A stretch of 32,000 nt of DNA from Pseudomonas aeruginosa (GCF_001457615.1 NZ_LN831024.1:5940001-5972000); one strand, 5' to 3'. Numbered from the stretch's first letter, positions 9,555-21,006 are shown. Notes: generated by a model from the sequence alone, not told the origin. Numbers and translations: made by a program.

Positions 9555-9572
9555 TTCAATTTCCCTGGAAGA

Positions 9573-10828
<1,256 letters not shown>

Positions 10829-10832
<4 letters not shown>

Positions 10833-10954
10833 AGGAAAGAGATAGGTACGCAGAAAGAGGAATTGGAGAAAGCGTCGAGCTTGGGAAAGCCGTGTCGCAA
10901 GGGGGCGACAGGAGCGCTAGAAAGTTCGAGTAGGAAGTGCGTCCGGGACGGCAT
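10829..10954 (-). CDS. Candidate 41-codon leader uORF upstream of rho (hypothetical, rhoL-like position)
   Basis: Manual translation from the ATG at 10954 gives [41 protein letters not shown]. Its stop TGA (10831-10829) overlaps the rho ATG (10832-10830) as ATGA. It has no SD of its own, and a 6-bp hairpin GCGACG-TTTTTTC-CGTCGC lies just upstream. It falls below the ORF-track size cutoff. Confidence 0.2.
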
Positions 10955-11016
10955 GCAGAAGGCGACGGAAAAAACGTCGCGAACCCGAATTTAACACCGT
11001 GGCCGGGTGGCGTCTA
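10833..11016 (-). promoter_or_regulatory. rho promoter candidate plus pyrimidine-rich, G-poor 5' leader
   Basis: On the minus strand, TAGACG (11016-11011), a 17-nt spacer and TAAATT (10993-10988) form a sigma70-like promoter directly after the trxA terminator. The 101 nt preceding the rho ATG (10933-10833) contain 40 C but only 14 G by my own count, which is rut-like. No Shine-Dalgarno motif occurs in the 20 nt before the ATG (TGCGTACCTATCTCTTTCCT). Confidence 0.5.
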
Positions 11017-11023
11017 TAGAAAC

Positions 11024-11055
11024 GCAAAAAAAAGCCCCGCGAATCGCGGGGCTTT
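11024..11055 (-). terminator. Rho-independent terminator downstream of trxA
   Basis: On the minus strand, AGCCCCGCG-ATTC-CGCGGGGCT is followed by eight T residues. It starts about 20 nt after the trxA stop. Confidence 0.85.
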
Positions 11056-11076
11056 CCAGCGAGGCCTGGGCCCGGC

Positions 11077-11403
11077 TCAGATATTGGCGTCGAGGAAGGC
11101 CGCCAGCTGCGACTTGGACAGTGCGCCGACCTTGGTCGCCTCGACATTGCCGTCCTTGAACAGCATCAGGGTAGGGATGCCACGCACACCGTATTTCGGC
11201 GGGGTATCCTGGTTCTCGTCGATGTTCAGCTTGCAGACCTTCAGCTTGCCCTGATAGTCCCTGGCGACTTCGTCCAGCACCGGCGCGATCATCTTGCACG
11301 GACCGCACCACTCGGCCCAGTAGTCCACCAGCACAGGGCCGTCGGCCTTCAGCACGTCCTGCTCGAAGCTGGCATCAGTAACGTTGACGATATGTTCGCT
11401 CAT
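11077..11403 (-). CDS. trxA: Thioredoxin 1
   Basis: The last 108 codons of track ORF 11077..12774(-) read [41 protein letters not shown]..., with the WCGPC active site. The ATG is at 11403 with GGAGAG upstream. The rest of the 565-aa track ORF is antisense to ppx. Confidence 0.98.
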
Positions 11404-11586
11404 GAAATCTCTCCGTAGTCGGACGCGAATTGAAACGCGAAAGTGCCGACCATCATATCCCGCCTTGACCCTCGCCGGAAGGCGCAGCCGATTGAGAGTC
11501 TCTATCGTTGGTCGGCTGATTCCCGATTGATCGGCTGCCGCATTGGCGACCCTCGCCCTATCGTGGCAGGATGGCGCAGTTTTCCA

Positions 11587-13107
11587 ATGGACTTGCAAAG
11601 CATGCCGCAAAAACCTGCCGAGGCATTCCCGCTGATTGCCGCCCTGGACCTGGGCTCCAACAGTTTCCACCTCTGTCTGGCCAAGGCCAATATCCACGGC
11701 GAAGTCCGCATCCTCGAACGGCTGGGCGAGAAGGTCCAACTGGCCGCCGGCCTCGACGAGGAGCGCAATCTCAGCGAAGAGGCCACCCAGCGCGGCCTCG
11801 ACTGCCTGCGCCGCTTCGCCCAGTTCATCAGCGGCATGCCCCAGGGTTCCGTACGCGTGGTCGCGACCAACGCCTTGCGCGAGGCGCGCAACCGCAGCGA
11901 TTTCATCCGTCGTGCGGAAGAGGTTCTCGGCCATCCCGTGGAAGTCATCTCCGGCCGCGAGGAGGCCCGCCTGATCTACCTCGGCGTCGCCAACAGCATG
12001 CCCGACAGCGGCGGTCGCCGGCTGGTCAGCGACATCGGCGGCGGCAGCACCGAGTTCATCATCGGCCAGGGTTTCGAGTCCGAGCTGCGGGAAAGCCTGC
12101 AGATGGGTTGCGTCAGCTACACCCAACGCTACTTCCGCGACGGCAAGATCACCCCGGCCCGCTACGCCCAGGCGTACACTGCTGCACGCCTGGAACTGAT
12201 GGGCATCGAGAACAGCCTGCGGCGCCTCGGCTGGCAACAGGCGGTCGGCGCCTCCGGCACCATCCGCGCAGTGGCGCTGGCGATCAAGGCCGGCGGCCAC
12301 GGCAACGGCGAGATCAGCCCGGACGGACTGGCCTGGCTGAAGCGCAAGGTGCTCAAGCTCGGCGACGTGGAGAAGCTCGATCTGGAAGGGATCAAGCCGG
12401 ACCGCCGGACCATCTTCCCGGCCGGACTGGCCATTCTCGAAGCGATCTTCGACGCGCTGGAACTGGAACAGATGGTTCACTCCGAGGGCGCCCTGCGCGA
12501 AGGCGTTCTCTACGACCTGGTCGGCCGTCACCAGCACGAGGACGTGCGCGAACGCACCATCAGTTCGCTGATGCAGCGCTACCACGTCGATCCGGAGCAG
12601 GCTTCGCGGGTGGAGGCCAAGGCCCTCAAGGTGCTTGCCGAAGTCGGCGACGCCTGGGAGCTGAACGACGAACTGCACCGCGACCTGCTGAGCTGGGGCG
12701 CACGGGTCCACGAGATCGGCCTGGACATCGCCCATTACCACTACCACAAGCACGGCGCCTACCTGATCGAGCACTCCGACCTGGCTGGCTTCTCGCGCCA
12801 GGACCAGCAGATGCTGTCGCTACTGGTACGCGGCCACCGCCGCAACATTCCGGCGGATAAGCTGGCGGAGTTCGCCGCGGAAGGCGACAAGTTGGTGCGC
12901 CTGTGCATCGTGCTGCGCTTCGCGATCCTCTTCCACCACATTCGCGGCACCCAGGAAATGCCCTCGGTGCGCCTGAAGGCAGAGCCCAAGAGCCTTTCGG
13001 TGACCTTCCCCGAGGGCTGGCTGGAAGCCAACCCGCTGACCCAGGCCGACTTCGCCCAGGAAGCCGAATGGCTCAAGCGGGTCGGCTACAGCCTCAACGT
13101 GCGGTAA
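11587..13107 (+). CDS. ppx: Exopolyphosphatase (Ppx/GppA family)
   Basis: The N-terminal ASKHA fold motifs are present ([30 protein letters not shown]), followed by a C-terminal HD-like domain. I chose the ATG at 11587 (MDLQSMPQK..., 506 aa). The ATG at 11602 is an alternative, and the track start at 11443 is probably too far upstream. Confidence 0.93.
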
Positions 13108-15304
13108 GCACCGGCGCGGCCAGCTTCTCCAGCAGGGTCGCCTGGGTATTGCGGGGGTTCTGGTTACCGGTGGGGCTGAGCCGCTGGTAGCTACCGTCGG
13201 CCTGCAACACCCAGGCCTGGGTGTTGTCGGTCAGATACGTTTCCAGTTCCTTCTTGACCCGCTGCACCAGCTTCTTGCCTTCCACCGGGAAGCAGGTCTC
13301 GACGCGCATGTCGAGGTTGCGCTCCATCCAGTCGGCGCTGGAGAGATAGAGCTTCTCGTCGCCGCCGTTGAGGAAGTAGTAGATGCGGCTGTGCTCGAGG
13401 AAGCGTCCGATGATCGAGCGCACGTGGATATTGTGCGAGACCCCCGGGATGCCTGGCCGCAGGCAGCACATGCCACGCACCACCAGGTCGATCCTGACCC
13501 CGGCCTGGCTGGCCTTGTACAGGGCGCGGATGACCTTCGGATCGGTCAGCGAGTTGACCTTGGCCATGATGTGCGCAGGCTGGCCGAGCGCCGCCTGGGC
13601 CGCCTCGCGGTTGATCATTTCCAGCAGGTTCTTCTTCAGGGTGAACGGCGCATGTAACAGCTTCTTCATGCGCAGCGTCTTGCCCATCCCGATCAGTTGG
13701 TTGAACAGCTTGTGCAGGTCCTCGCAGAGCGCCACGTCGGCGGTCAGCAGGCTGTAGTCGGTGTACAGGCGAGCGTTGCCGGCATGGTAGTTGCCGGTGC
13801 CCAGGTGCGCGTAGCGGCGCAGTTCGCCGTCCTCGCGACGGAGGATCAGCATCATCTTGGCGTGGGTCTTGAAGCCGACCACGCCGTAGATCACTACCGC
13901 ACCGGCCTGTTGCAGGCGGCTGGCCAGTTGCAGGTTGGACTCTTCGTCGAAGCGGGCGCGCAGCTCGATCACCGCGGTGACCTCCTTGCCGTTGCGTGCC
14001 GCCTCGACCAGGGCGTCGACGATCTCAGAGTTGGCGCCGCTGCGGTACAGGGTTTGCTTGATCGCCAGCACGTTCGGATCCTTGGCGGCCTGGCGCAGCA
14101 GGTCGATCACCGGAGTGAAGGACTCGAACGGGTGCATCAGCAACACGTCGAGCTTGCTGAGGACGTTGAAGAGGTTTTCCTTCTTCTGCAAAAGACGCGG
14201 GATCGCCGGGGTGAAGGGCGGGTACTGCAGCTCCGGATGGCTTTCCAGGCCGGTGACGCTGAACAGGCGGGTCAGGTTGACCGGGCCGCTGACCTTGTAC
14301 AACTCGCTTTCGGACAGGCCGAACTGCTTGAGCAGGTAGTTGGTCAGGTTCTGCGGGCAGGTATCCACCACCTCCAGGCGTACCGCATCCCCGTAGCGAC
14401 GCGAGAACAGCTCGCCGCGCAGCGCGCGGGCCAGGTCCTCGACATCCTCGGTGTCCACCGACAGGTCGGCGTTGCGGGTCAGGCGGAACTGGTAGCAGCC
14501 CTTCACCTTCATGCCGGGGAACAGGTCGTCGGCGTGGGCGTGGATCATCGACGACAGGAACACGTAGTTGTCGCCCTCGCCGCCAACGTCTTCCGGCAGC
14601 CTGATGATCCGTGGCAGCAGGCGCGGCGCCGGGATGATCGCCAGGCCGGAGTCGCGGCCGAAGGCATCCATCCCCTCCAGCTCGACGATGAAGTTGAGGC
14701 TCTTGTTCACCAGCAGCGGGAACGGGTGGGTCGGGTCGAGGCCGATCGGGGTGATGATCGGCGCGATCTCGTCGCGGAAGAAGCGCCGCACCCAGGTCTT
14801 GATCTTCAGCGTCCAGTGACGCCGGCGGATGAAGCGGATCTGGTGCTTGGCCAGCTCCGGCAACAGGGTCTCGTTGAGGATCCGGTACTGCCGCGATACC
14901 TGCTCGTGGACCAGCTCGCTGATCCGCGCCAGGGCCTGGTGCGGCAGCAGGCCGTCGGCGCCGGCCTGCTCGCGGGCGAAGGTGATCTGCTTCTTCAGGC
15001 CGGCGATGCGGATCTCGAAGAACTCGTCGAGGTTGCTCGAGAAGATGAGGAGGAACTTCAGCCGCTCCAGGAGCGGGTAGGACTCGTCCAGCGCCTGTTC
15101 CAGCACGCGGATGTTGAACTGCAACTGGGAGAGCTCGCGATGAATGTACAGGCTGCTGTCATCCACGCTGGGAACCACCGCAGGTGGCGTTTCCACCGGG
15201 ATCGTTTCGGCCATCTTCACTTCTGCTTCGCTTTCCACGTTCGCCACTACGGTTTCGTCGGCGGCGATACGTTCGATCTCATCAAGTCCTTGCTGCGTAT
15301 TCAT
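13094..15304 (-). CDS. ppk: Polyphosphate kinase 1
   Basis: The 736-aa product has full-length PPK1 architecture ([19 protein letters not shown]..., two PLD-like C-terminal domains, [15 protein letters not shown]). The 3' end overlaps ppx by 14 nt. Confidence 0.98.
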
Positions 15305-15321
15305 TCATCTTCCCGAGGGGG

Positions 15322-16389
<1,068 letters not shown>

Positions 16390-16579
16390 TTATGACGGAT
16401 TGGCAACAAGCGACGACAGTGACTCAAGGTCGCGGCATCCTGCCGCACCGCCAATCATCGCAAAAAGCCAGCGGCAAAGGCCATTCATTGCACAATCAAT
16501 GACCTGAGCCGTGACGATCGCGCTTTCCCCACGCCCTCAACCGAGTTAGGCTGCGCGTTCATTTCGCTTCGCTGCCCCG

Positions 16580-17170
16580 ATGATGCTCCAACAATTCCTG
16601 CAGGACTTCGGCTATTTCGCCCTTTTTCTCGGTACTTTCTTCGAGGGCGAAACCATTCTCGTGCTGGCCGGGTTCCTTGCCTTCCGCGGCTACATGCAGC
16701 TGGATACCGTGATTCTCACCGCCTTCCTCGGCAGCTACGCCGGTGACCAACTCTGGTACTTCCTCGGACGCCGCCACGGCCGCCGGTTGCTGGCGCGCAA
16801 GCCGCGCTGGCAGAAGCTCGGCGACAAGGCGCTGGACCATGTGCGCCGCCATCCTGACCTGTGGGTGCTGAGTTTCCGCTTCGTCTACGGCCTGCGTACG
16901 GTGATGCCGGTGGCCATCGGCCTGTCCGGCTATCCACCGGCCCGCTATCTTCTTCTCAATGGCATCGGCGCCATCGTCTGGGCCGCTGCGCTGGGCTCCG
17001 CCGCCTACTATTTCGGCAGCGTACTGGAAGGCATGCTCGGCAACATCAAGAAATACGAACTCATGGTCCTCGGCGGCCTGATCGTGCTGGGCCTGCTGCT
17101 CTGGCTATGGCGGCGTTTCAAGACACCGCGCGGCAACGGCGCGGGCGGCAACGCCGACAAATCCGAGTGA
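16580..17170 (+). CDS. DedA-family inner membrane protein
   Basis: The 196-aa product carries the DedA/SNARE-associated signature (FGYFALFLGTFFEGETILVLAGF...GSYAGDQLWYFLGRRHG) and 4-5 hydrophobic segments. Confidence 0.85.
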   Translation: MMLQQFLQDFGYFALFLGTFFEGETILVLAGFLAFRGYMQLDTVILTAFLGSYAGDQLWYFLGRRHGRRLLARKPRWQKLGDKALDHVRRHPDLWVLSFRFVYGLRTVMPVAIGLSGYPPARYLLLNGIGAIVWAAALGSAAYYFGSVLEGMLGNIKKYELMVLGGLIVLGLLLWLWRRFKTPRGNGAGGNADKSE

Positions 17171-17333
17171 ACCCGCGCCGGCGCGACTGAACAGCCGGCC
17201 CCTTCGCACACTCCAACTCCTTGTACCCTCCGCTCCGGCTGGCCGCCGGGGCCGGCGGCTCGCTATGCTTGCGCGATACCGACCCCGGCCAGGCCGTCCG
17301 GTCCGGATCCTGCGTTCCCAAGGAGTAAGCCTC

Positions 17334-18002
17334 ATGCACAAGAAAGTTGCCGTCATCCTCTCCGGTTGTGGCGTCTACGATGGCGCGGAAATCCACGAAA
17401 GCGTGATCACCCTGCTCCGCCTCAGCCAGCGAGGCGCCGAGGCACAATGCTTCGCGCCGAACATCGCCCAGCACCATGTGGTCAACCACCTGACCGGCGA
17501 GGAAATGCCGGAAAGCCGCAATGTCCTGGTCGAGTCCGCGCGTATCGCCCGCGGCGAAGTCAAGGACCTGCGCGAAGCCCGCGCCGAGGACTACGACGCG
17601 CTGATCGTGCCCGGTGGCTTCGGCGCTGCGAAGAACCTCAGCGACTTTGCCATCAACGGCGCGCAATGCCAGGTGCAGCCGGACGTGCTGGCGCTGGCCA
17701 AGGCTTTCGCCGAAGCCGGCAAGCCAGTCGGGCTGATCTGCATCGCTCCGGCGATGGCGGCGAAGATCTACGGCGCCGGCGTCCAATGCACCATCGGCAA
17801 CGACGCCGACACCGCCGACGCGCTGAAGCAGATGGGTGCCGAGCACATCGACGCGCCGGTGGACGAGATCGTCGAAGACAGCGCGCGCAAGCTGGTGACC
17901 ACCCCGGCCTACATGCTCGCCCAGTCGATAGCCGAAGCCGCTTCCGGGATCAACAAGCTGGTCGACCGGGTGCTCGAACTGGTGGACCAGGACAAGGCCT
18001 GA
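17334..18002 (+). CDS. DJ-1/PfpI-superfamily protein, ElbB-like (class I glutamine amidotransferase-like fold)
   Basis: The real start is the ATG at 17334 (MHKKVAVILSGCGVYDGAEIHESV...), with AAGGAG 8 nt upstream. It has the nucleophile-elbow context GLICIAPAM. The track start at 17265 lacks an RBS. Confidence 0.85.
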   Translation: MHKKVAVILSGCGVYDGAEIHESVITLLRLSQRGAEAQCFAPNIAQHHVVNHLTGEEMPESRNVLVESARIARGEVKDLREARAEDYDALIVPGGFGAAKNLSDFAINGAQCQVQPDVLALAKAFAEAGKPVGLICIAPAMAAKIYGAGVQCTIGNDADTADALKQMGAEHIDAPVDEIVEDSARKLVTTPAYMLAQSIAEAASGINKLVDRVLELVDQDKA

Positions 18003-18016
18003 TCGGCCAAGCACGA

Positions 18017-18040
18017 GGGCGGTCGCGCCGCCGCCCTTTT
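18017..18040 (+). terminator. Candidate intrinsic terminator after the ElbB-like gene
   Basis: GGGCGG...CCGCCC forms a GC stem followed by TTTTCAAAT, 15 nt after the stop. Confidence 0.6.
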
Positions 18041-18097
18041 CAAATCCGTGCCGCTACGCCAGCGTGCGTCTCGAAACCATCGAATCGAGACGCCGCG

Positions 18098-18571
18098 ATG
18101 AGCGAAACGCCCTCCTCCGCCCTGCCTGACGACGTCCACCAACTGGTGGCGGATTTCTTCCAGCGCATCCCCTTCAACCGCATGCTCGGCATCCGCGTGG
18201 TGAGCCTCGGCCGCGAGCGGGTAGTCCTCGACCTGCCGATGAAGGACGAACTGATCGGCAACTTCGTCCAGGGCATTCTCCACGGCGGGGTGATCTCCAG
18301 CCTGCTCGACGTCACCGGCGGTGCGATGGCCCTGATCGGCGCCCTCGAACGGCATCGCGAACTGCCAGGCCACGAGCGCATGGCGCGGCTGTCGAAGCTC
18401 GGCACCATCGACTTGCGCGTCGACTACCTGCGCCCGGGACGCGGCCGGACGTTCACCGCCCATGCGGTGCCGCTTCGCTCGGGCAACAAGGTCGCAGTGG
18501 TGCGCTCGGAACTGCATAGCGACGACGGCACGCTGGTCGCCGTCGGTACCGGTACCTATCTGTGCGGCTGA
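18098..18571 (+). CDS. PaaI/YigI-type hotdog-fold thioesterase
   Basis: The ATG at 18098 (MSETPSSALPDD...) is in frame with track ORF 17366..18571. The protein contains the typical motif GILHGGVISSLLDVTGG and the C-terminal beta-strand pattern of 4HBT/PaaI thioesterases. Confidence 0.85.
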   Translation: MSETPSSALPDDVHQLVADFFQRIPFNRMLGIRVVSLGRERVVLDLPMKDELIGNFVQGILHGGVISSLLDVTGGAMALIGALERHRELPGHERMARLSKLGTIDLRVDYLRPGRGRTFTAHAVPLRSGNKVAVVRSELHSDDGTLVAVGTGTYLCG

Positions 18572-19038
18572 CTCGCGCGTAGATCGGCTTCCCGCTGCAG
18601 GCGGGTGAGCAGGCGGTCCAGGGCGTTGGCGAACGCCTGGCGGTCACGCTCACCGTAGGGCGCCTGGCCGCCGCCCATCTGCCCCTGGTCACGCAGGTCG
18701 GCCATCAGGTTGCGCATGGCCAGCTTATCGCCCATGTTCCGCGCGTCGAACTCGCGGCCGCGAGGATCGAGGGCGGCAACCTGTTTCTTGATCAGCCGAT
18801 CGGCCAGCGGTACGTCGCTGCAGATCGCCAGGTCGCCCGGCTCGGCCTGCTCCACCAGGTAATCGTCAGCCGCATCCATCCCGCTTTCCACCACCACCAG
18901 ACGCACGCAGGCGAACGGCGGCTTGACCTGCGGCTGGCCGGCGACCATCCAGACTTCCAGCTTGCGCTTGAGGGCGAACTTGCAGACCAGTTCCTTGGCC
19001 GCCTTGGGGCAGGCGTCGGCATCGATCCAGATACGCAT
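18556..19038 (-). CDS. YaiI/YqxD family protein (UPF0178)
   Basis: The 160-aa product starts with MRIWIDADACPK, the hallmark N-terminus of the UPF0178 family. The 3' end overlaps the thioesterase gene by 16 nt. Confidence 0.85.
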   Translation of the reverse strand: MRIWIDADACPKAAKELVCKFALKRKLEVWMVAGQPQVKPPFACVRLVVVESGMDAADDYLVEQAEPGDLAICSDVPLADRLIKKQVAALDPRGREFDARNMGDKLAMRNLMADLRDQGQMGGGQAPYGERDRQAFANALDRLLTRLQREADLRASQPHR

Positions 19039-19054
19039 GAACGGACTTCCGTAG

Positions 19055-19088
19055 AAATGACGACGGCCAGTATCGCACTGGCCGTCGT
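19055..19088 (-). terminator. Hairpin terminator candidate downstream of the FTR1-cytochrome c gene
   Basis: ACGACGGCCAGT (19060-19071) and ACTGGCCGTCGT (19077-19088) form a perfect 12-bp stem with a 5-nt loop. On the minus strand it is followed by CATTTCT. Confidence 0.6.
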
Positions 19089-19104
19089 GGTTGCGCGAAC
19101 CCGC

Positions 19105-21006
19105 TCAGTCGGCGGCGTTGGCCGCCGCACGCCGGCGCTCGACGATCCGGCTACGTCCGTAGAGCAGCGCGATGGCCACCATTGCCATGGCCTGGGCCGA
19201 CAGCGAATAGGCGTCAGCCTTGATCCCCAGCCAGTCGAAGTCGAAGAACGGCACCGGACGGGTGCCGATCACCCCGGCTTCCTGCAAGGCGATGACGCCA
19301 TGTCCGGCGAACACCACCGAGAGCGCACAGAGCAACGCCGCGTTGATGCTGAAGAACAACCCCAGCGGCAGTTTCGCCGAACCACGCAGGATCACCCAGG
19401 CCAGGCCGATCAGCAGGACCACGGCGGTCGCCGCGCCGCCGATCACGGCATTGTGCCCGGCCGGTCCGGCCTGCAACCAGAGGGTTTCGTAGAACAGGAT
19501 GACCTCGAACAACTCGCGGTAGACCGAGAAGAACGCCAGCACTGCGAAGCCGAAGCGTCCGCCACCGCCCACCAGGCTGCTGCGGATGTAGTCCTGCCAG
19601 GCTGCCGCGTGGCGGCGGTCGTGCATCCAGACGCCGAGCCAGAGCACCATCACGCAGGCGAACAGAGAGGTGAAGCCCTCCATCAGCTCGCGCTGGGCAC
19701 CGCCGATATCGATCACATAGGCGGCCAACGCCCAGGTGGCGAAGCCGGCGACGAAGGCCAGCCCCCAGCCGACGTGCACGCCACGCACGGCACTTTCCTG
19801 CCCGGTATTGCGCAGGAAGGCGAGGATGGCGGCAAGCACCAGGATTGCCTCTACCCCTTCGCGCAACAGGATCAACAAGGCGGAAACGAAACTGATGGAG
19901 AAACTCAGCGAGTCGCCGCCAAGCTGCTTGGCGGCCTCTGCCAGCTTGCCCTTGGCCAGCTCCAGCTGTTGCGCCACCTGGATTTCCGGGAGGCCATCGC
20001 GCAACGCCTGGCGGTAGGCCATCAGCTGCTTCTCGGTGGAGCGGCGCAAATCGGCGTCGACGTTGTCCAGCGAGCTTTCCACCAGCTCGAAGCCTTCCAG
20101 GTAGGCCGCCACCGACAGGTCGTAGGCCTGGTCGCGGTCGCCTTCGCGATAGACCGCGAAGCTCTTGTCCAGGGTGGCGGCGGTATAGTCGATCAACTGC
20201 CCAGGACCGCGCTGCTCCAGCGGCGGATGCGCACGCAGGGCGCGGAAGCTCTCCGCAGCGGCCTCGCCGTCGTACTCGGCGACTTCGGCCGGAGTCTGCG
20301 TGGCCAGGGTCGCCAGCGGGTAGGCATGGGCCTTGTCCGGCTGCGCACTGCGGGCGCTCAGGCCGGCCACATAGCTGGCCAGATCCCAGCGCTGGCGTTC
20401 GTCGAGCTGGTCGGCGAACGCCGGCATGTCGGTGCCCGCCACGCCTAGGCCGATGACGTTACGCAGGTCGTAGAGGCTCAGGTGGTCGAGGCGCTGGCGA
20501 TCGGTGAGGTTCGCTGGCGGCGGTTCCAGGCCGATGCCGGCGGGGCCGTCGCCCTTGCCCGCATCGCCATGGCAGATTGCGCACTGCTGGGCATAGATCG
20601 GCGCCGCGCGGCTCGGGTCGGGGGTGATCGCGGGGGTCTGCACCACCTGGTAGATATCCGCCACCCGTGCCTCGAGGTTGCGCGCCTGGAGGGCCACGTC
20701 CCTTCCCGGCAAGCGCTGCTCGATGGCCTGGCGCAGGCTGGCGACGCCCCTCTCCAGCTCGGCGCGCTCGGGGCGCATCGGCAGGGTCAGGACCAATGCC
20801 TGCAGGTTGCCGACGAACTCCACCTGTTCCTGGTATTCGCTGGGGTCGACGATCTTGCCGTCAGCCACGGTCGGCGGATAGTCGGCCGCCAGGTAACTCA
20901 ACAGATGCAAGGCTTGGGAGGGGTCGACGGCCGTGTCGGCTAGAGCTCCAAGGCTGAACGCGCAGACCAGCGGCAGCAGCCACAGCAGGATTTTCGGAGG
21001 GTGCAT
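19105..21006 (-). CDS. Cytochrome c / FTR1-family iron permease fusion protein
   Basis: The real start is the ATG at 21006 (MHPPKILLWLLPLVCAFSLGALA, a signal peptide). There is a single heme-binding motif CAICH (20569-20583), with GTDMPAF downstream as a candidate Met ligand. The C-terminal multi-TM permease carries both REXXE motifs (REGVE, RELFE). Confidence 0.9.
   Translation of the reverse strand: MHPPKILLWLLPLVCAFSLGALADTAVDPSQALHLLSYLAADYPPTVADGKIVDPSEYQEQVEFVGNLQALVLTLPMRPERAELERGVASLRQAIEQRLPGRDVALQARNLEARVADIYQVVQTPAITPDPSRAAPIYAQQCAICHGDAGKGDGPAGIGLEPPPANLTDRQRLDHLSLYDLRNVIGLGVAGTDMPAFADQLDERQRWDLASYVAGLSARSAQPDKAHAYPLATLATQTPAEVAEYDGEAAAESFRALRAHPPLEQRGPGQLIDYTAATLDKSFAVYREGDRDQAYDLSVAAYLEGFELVESSLDNVDADLRRSTEKQLMAYRQALRDGLPEIQVAQQLELAKGKLAEAAKQLGGDSLSFSISFVSALLILLREGVEAILVLAAILAFLRNTGQESAVRGVHVGWGLAFVAGFATWALAAYVIDIGGAQRELMEGFTSLFACVMVLWLGVWMHDRRHAAAWQDYIRSSLVGGGGRFGFAVLAFFSVYRELFEVILFYETLWLQAGPAGHNAVIGGAATAVVLLIGLAWVILRGSAKLPLGLFFSINAALLCALSVVFAGHGVIALQEAGVIGTRPVPFFDFDWLGIKADAYSLSAQAMAMVAIALLYGRSRIVERRRAAANAAD

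Noticed and set aside
6073-9559. Long antisense or alternate ORFs over ubiD and the acyltransferase (6073-7554+, 6233-7330-, 7582-8979+, 7760-8842-, 8858-9559-).
   Set aside because: ubiD and the AT3-SGNH frames are supported by family motifs. The others show the Arg/Ala/Gly/Pro bias typical of non-coding frames in high-GC DNA.
11404-12774. The N-terminal 457 codons of the 565-aa minus-strand ORF that ends as trxA.
   Set aside because: Only the last 108 codons, from the ATG at 11403 with a GGAGAG RBS, correspond to thioredoxin. The upstream part is antisense to the clearly homologous ppx gene and has the Ala/Gly/Val/Asp-rich composition of antisense frames.
17242-17259. The GC palindrome GCCGCCGG-GG-CCGGCGGC between the DedA and ElbB-like genes, considered as a REP element or terminator.
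   Set aside because: It occurs as a single copy in the window, its loop is too short for a stable terminator hairpin, and no U-tract follows. There is not enough evidence to call it a repeat family member or a terminator.
19057-20448. A 463-aa + strand ORF opposite the FTR1-cytochrome c gene. Similar antisense ORFs lie opposite hemY (28962-30413+), hemX (30611-31495+), ppk (13697-15367+), hemB (15340-16359+) and rho (9669-10994+).
   Set aside because: In each case the opposite-strand gene has strong family-level identity. These frames lack motifs and have skewed composition.
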